From an uncultured virus (IMG/VR IMGVR_UViG_3300036865_000084) (Duplodnaviria; Heunggongvirae; Uroviricota; Caudoviricetes), in the IMG/VR virus record IMGVR_UViG_3300036865_000084: a stretch of 64,000 bases of DNA, one strand, 5' to 3'. The translations under genes and the position numbers were made by a program. Within the stretch, counting starts at the first letter, position 1; each line of letters begins with the position of its first letter. Positions 60,735 through 64,000 of the stretch are shown in pieces. Under the pieces are notes generated by a model. It saw nothing but the letters and a program-made list of their open reading frames with translations, was not told where the DNA came from and ran no database searches.

Positions 60735-61015
60735 GTCGTCTGCTTTCGCGCTTGCACCGCGCCCGCGAACCCCGTGACGAGCCATGCCGCGAGGCCGAGC
60801 CCCGCAGTCGCGAGCCCGGCTTCACGCCAGCGAGGGGATAGCGCGGCGGTGACGAGCCCGCCTCCCGCCGCCAGCGCGAGCCCGGCTTGCGGATTCGCGA
60901 CCAAGGCGCCCGCGCCTGCGCCGAGCGCCAACGCGCCGAGGCCGAAGGCGACGTTTCCGATCGAAGTCGTCGGCGGCGACAACGGGTTTTCGCGGCGACG
61001 CTTCGCGAGCTTCAT
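60731..61015 (-). CDS. Small multi-TM membrane protein
   Basis: MKLAKRRRENPL followed by three Gly/Ala-rich helices. Confidence 0.6.
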   Translation of the reverse strand: MKLAKRRRENPLSPPTTSIGNVAFGLGALALGAGAGALVANPQAGLALAAGGGLVTAALSPRWREAGLATAGLGLAAWLVTGFAGAVQARKQTT

Positions 61016-61207
61016 CGCTGGGGCCTCACTGGGCCGCGCCGAGGCGCGCGGCTCGAGTTGCCCATGCCGTCGGCGACACTGCCTCCATGGCCCGCCGTCA
61101 GATCGGCGATCGTGCCGAGGAAGACGAGCTCGGGCTTCACATAGGGCTTCTTGACGGGCTGCTTCTTCTCGTCGTCGGGCATGCCTCGAGCGTATCATGA
61201 AGCCAGG

Positions 61208-61861
61208 ATGGCGCTCGACCCCGACTTCTTCCCCGACTTGCGCGCCGTCGCCGCAAGCCTTCAGGCGAACCCCGCGGACGTGATGCTTGTGCTCTACGGA
61301 GAATCTGGGTTGGATCCCGCCTCCCATCGCGCGGGCTCTGACTACTACGGTATCAATCAGATGAACGGCGGCTACTTGCGACGCGCGGGCATCGACCCCG
61401 CGGACTACCTCACGTGGCCCGCGTCGCGGCAGCTCGACGCCGTCGTCGCGCCGTTTCTGAAAGGGCTCGTGGCGAGTCAGCTCAAGAAGCCCGTGCGAAG
61501 CGCGGGGGTGCTCGAGGCCCTGAACCTCTATCCCGCCGCCGTCGGCAAGCACGGCGACGCGCCCGACGCCATCGTCATCGACGGAAATTCAAACGACGCC
61601 GCGGAGCGCGCCGCATATCGTGCGAATCAAGCGCTCGATCAAGATCACTCGGGCGCGATCACGATCTCGGATCTCGACACATGGCTTCTCACGCGCTCGA
61701 AAGACAAGCCGTATCAACAGGCGCTCGCGCAACTCGGCGGCGCGCCAACGCCTTCGCCCCCGACTCAAAAAAGCAGCATCACGGGCGCCTTCGGCAAGGC
61801 GTTCGCGATCATCGGAGCGGCGAGCTTCTTTGCGTGGGCGCTGAGGAAGAGACGCGTGTAG
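61208..61861 (+). CDS. Lytic transglycosylase-like protein with C-terminal TM
   Basis: VLYGESGLDP...YGINQM...YRANQALD. Confidence 0.65.
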   Translation: MALDPDFFPDLRAVAASLQANPADVMLVLYGESGLDPASHRAGSDYYGINQMNGGYLRRAGIDPADYLTWPASRQLDAVVAPFLKGLVASQLKKPVRSAGVLEALNLYPAAVGKHGDAPDAIVIDGNSNDAAERAAYRANQALDQDHSGAITISDLDTWLLTRSKDKPYQQALAQLGGAPTPSPPTQKSSITGAFGKAFAIIGAASFFAWALRKRRV

Positions 61862-61870
61862 GCTCAGCCC

Positions 61871-62692
61871 ATGGGCCAATTCACCAACTCGTGGCGCCTG
61901 CGCGTCCGGCGTCTCGAATACCTCATCGAGCGCGCCTTGCGCGCCGGTCAGGCGGTCGCCAACGCGTGGCTCCAGGGCGGCAACGCGTTCGGCGCCACGG
62001 GGGTCTTCGGCACGCTCGACAATAACCCCGTCAACGTCATCACGAACAGCGTCACGCGGTTCGCGTTCGACACGAGCGGCAACATCGTGCCGGCAGTCGA
62101 CAACAGCGGCTCCGTCGGAACGTCGGCGCGCCGCTGGGGGTCGTTCATCGGCGTCAGCGTCACCGCCGGCGGAGGCGCCAGCATCATCACGGTGAACCCC
62201 GCGGCTGGGCTCGTCGTCCGCTGGGGCGCGACGCAAGCGGCGCTCGCCGCGGGCGACATCGGCATGGACCTCGCGACGGGGCGCGGGACGCTCTTCGTCG
62301 GCGGCGTGAGCCAGGAGATGGCGGTTTTGGGGGATCTCCCCGGCGGCGGCGCGGCGACGTTCCCCGCGACCATCACATCAGCCTCACCGCAGTACACCGC
62401 CATCGGCACAGATCGGCTGATCGAGGTCGACGTCTCGGGAGGGCAGCCCTCCGGCGGCCTGCCGATCAAGTTCGACGCCGCTGCCACTACCGGCACGCAG
62501 CATACCGTCAAGGTCGTCGCCGGAGACGCCGCGGTCAACACCGTCGGAGTCAGCGGCAACGGACAAAACATCGAGGACCCCAACAACCTGGGGACGTTCA
62601 CCGCCTCTACCGTCTTCATCAAGTCGCCCGGCGGCGCCGTCACGTGGATGTTCGACGCCAACAACCGCTGGGCCGTCATCGCGAGCGCATGA
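61871..62692 (+). CDS. Fibre/spike-like protein
   Basis: AWLQGGNAFG..GTLDN, SGNIVPAVDN..SVGTSARRW, ending TWMFDANNRWAVI. Confidence 0.6.
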   Translation: MGQFTNSWRLRVRRLEYLIERALRAGQAVANAWLQGGNAFGATGVFGTLDNNPVNVITNSVTRFAFDTSGNIVPAVDNSGSVGTSARRWGSFIGVSVTAGGGASIITVNPAAGLVVRWGATQAALAAGDIGMDLATGRGTLFVGGVSQEMAVLGDLPGGGAATFPATITSASPQYTAIGTDRLIEVDVSGGQPSGGLPIKFDAAATTGTQHTVKVVAGDAAVNTVGVSGNGQNIEDPNNLGTFTASTVFIKSPGGAVTWMFDANNRWAVIASA

Positions 62693-64000
62693 AAGCCATG
62701 AAAAACCATCTCGCTCTTCTCGTCGCGCTGTTTTTGATCGCGTGCCCCGGCGATACGACGCCTGTCGCCGTCGACGCCGGCGCGAAGCCTGCGCCTACGG
62801 ATGCACCCCCGCCGCCTCTGCCGCTCGACAACGCGCCGGCGCAGCCGACGCCCGACTGGATGCTCAAGCCGCGGCCGCCGCTCGGCAACGTCAGAGCCGC
62901 CGGCACGCGCCCGCCCATCATCCCCGCGAGCTGGACGGTGCCCGCGTGGTTCATCGATCCTGCGAATAGTTCTGGTGCCGCGAGCGACAACAATACCTGC
63001 ACGACATCGGGAGCTCCGTGCCTGACGTACGCCGAAATAGCGGCGCGATGGGGCACGTACTTTCCCAGGCTTCGACAGACGACCACGTTCACGTGGATGT
63101 CGAGCCACACCGATGGCACGGATCCTGTCATCCAGAACCCGTACCTCGAGAACGGCGCGTCGCTCTTCAACAACGGGACGTTGGTGCAGACGTGCACGGG
63201 CACATTGGCTGGCGTCGTTGCCAAGAATCGGAACACGCCGCAGCTCCTCAACGCGACGTTGCCGGCGGGAGCGGCGATCAATCAGCTCATCATCAACACG
63301 ACCCACGCTTCGCGCGCCTGGACGTACACGTCGCTCGGAGCCGGCGCCTTCTCGATCTCGCAGCCGCTCGTCAGCCAAACGTTGCCGCACAACTTTATCT
63401 TAGCGGGCTCCGAAGTCGACACGTGGGCTAACACCGATGCCGTCACGTGCAACACGCTCTCGAACATCAACTTCGTGCAGCTTTATCCAACGGTCACGGA
63501 CCTCGGAACTGGATCCGCGAACGCGGGGATCTACCTGCAACAGATCGGGGTCTTTGCCCCGTTTTCGACCTCGGATCTCGTCCTCATCAACAGTCAGGTC
63601 CGCTTCTTCGAGGTATTCTCGAACAAGGGGATACAGACGGTCCTCTCGACAAGTAATGCGACGAATGGCGTCTACAACACCGACGTCCTCGGGAACTTTC
63701 AGAAGCAAACATGCGCGCAAGGAAGTACGGCGTTCGTTGGCGGTATCGCGCGCGGCCCACAGCTCTCCGGATGCACCGTCATCATTGACGGCGACGCAAT
63801 CGCTGCTGCGACCAACAACATCATTCAAGGGCTTTCATCGACTGTTGCCGGCGTTACCGGCCTCGGTCTCGTCTACATCGAATCAGGCAAGTCGCTCCAA
63901 GCTTCCGCCGGCGCTACCGGTATCGCCAATAACCTCTCCATCGGCACACCGATCCTCTGGGGTCCAGGTAACTTTCGCCTCGTACAGACTGCGCACGTGA
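62689..64000 (+). CDS. Large lipoprotein-signal, probable beta-helix protein; runs off the window
   Basis: LFLIAC lipobox, Pro linker, WFIDPANSSGAASDNNTC..GAPCLT motif; frame appears open to the window end. Confidence 0.65.
   Translation, partial: MKAMKNHLALLVALFLIACPGDTTPVAVDAGAKPAPTDAPPPPLPLDNAPAQPTPDWMLKPRPPLGNVRAAGTRPPIIPASWTVPAWFIDPANSSGAASDNNTCTTSGAPCLTYAEIAARWGTYFPRLRQTTTFTWMSSHTDGTDPVIQNPYLENGASLFNNGTLVQTCTGTLAGVVAKNRNTPQLLNATLPAGAAINQLIINTTHASRAWTYTSLGAGAFSISQPLVSQTLPHNFILAGSEVDTWANTDAVTCNTLSNINFVQLYPTVTDLGTGSANAGIYLQQIGVFAPFSTSDLVLINSQVRFFEVFSNKGIQTVLSTSNATNGVYNTDVLGNFQKQTCAQGSTAFVGGIARGPQLSGCTVIIDGDAIAAATNNIIQGLSSTVAGVTGLGLVYIESGKSLQASAGATGIANNLSIGTPILWGPGNFRLVQTAHV

Noticed and set aside
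1..64000. tRNA/rRNA genes, terminase, portal, tape measure, reverse transcriptase
   Set aside because: None recognisable by eye; absence is not proven without HMM or tRNAscan searches.

Overview
A high-GC (roughly two-thirds G+C by eye), densely packed viral or proviral segment with no host housekeeping genes. The host is probably a myxobacterium or relative; this is inferred from stand-alone NtrC/Fis-type HTHs, a single-domain response regulator and a D-[SA]-G-repeat Cys-rich lipoprotein. Layout: (1) replication, 1-6.5 kb: Prim-Pol/VapE primase-helicase, iteron-like origin, HNH, VRR-NUC, SF2 helicase. (2) Recombination and accessory operon, 6.7-21.7 kb: a circularly permuted PD-(D/E)XK nuclease, Sak4-like ATPase, SSB-like protein, DnaQ-like exonuclease, ParB, chimeric ThyX, RadC/JAB, HNH-AP2. 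(3) A putative virion module, 22-43 kb, with no recognisable terminase, portal or tail genes. It carries many paralogous membrane-anchored proteins, a transglutaminase-like Cys protease, a protamine-like membrane protein, candidate capsid proteins and a GroES, which suggests a tailless membrane-containing virus. (4) Tyrosine recombinase, RHH, phased operator array and a large structured non-coding region, 45-47 kb. (5) Small-gene region with repeated hairpin leaders, 47-56 kb. (6) Lysis/entry and adsorption genes, 57-64 kb. Top finding: an inverted cassette at 32.6-33.7 kb (RHH gene, 5-nt-periodic NGY-NN array, RAMP/Cas7-like gene, second NGY-NN array) that looks like a non-CRISPR RNA-guided system with a gapped code. 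Also notable: a viral SelW/Rdx selenoprotein with an in-frame UGA and SECIS hairpin, which the ORF track misses. All family assignments come from motif recognition by eye, not database searches.
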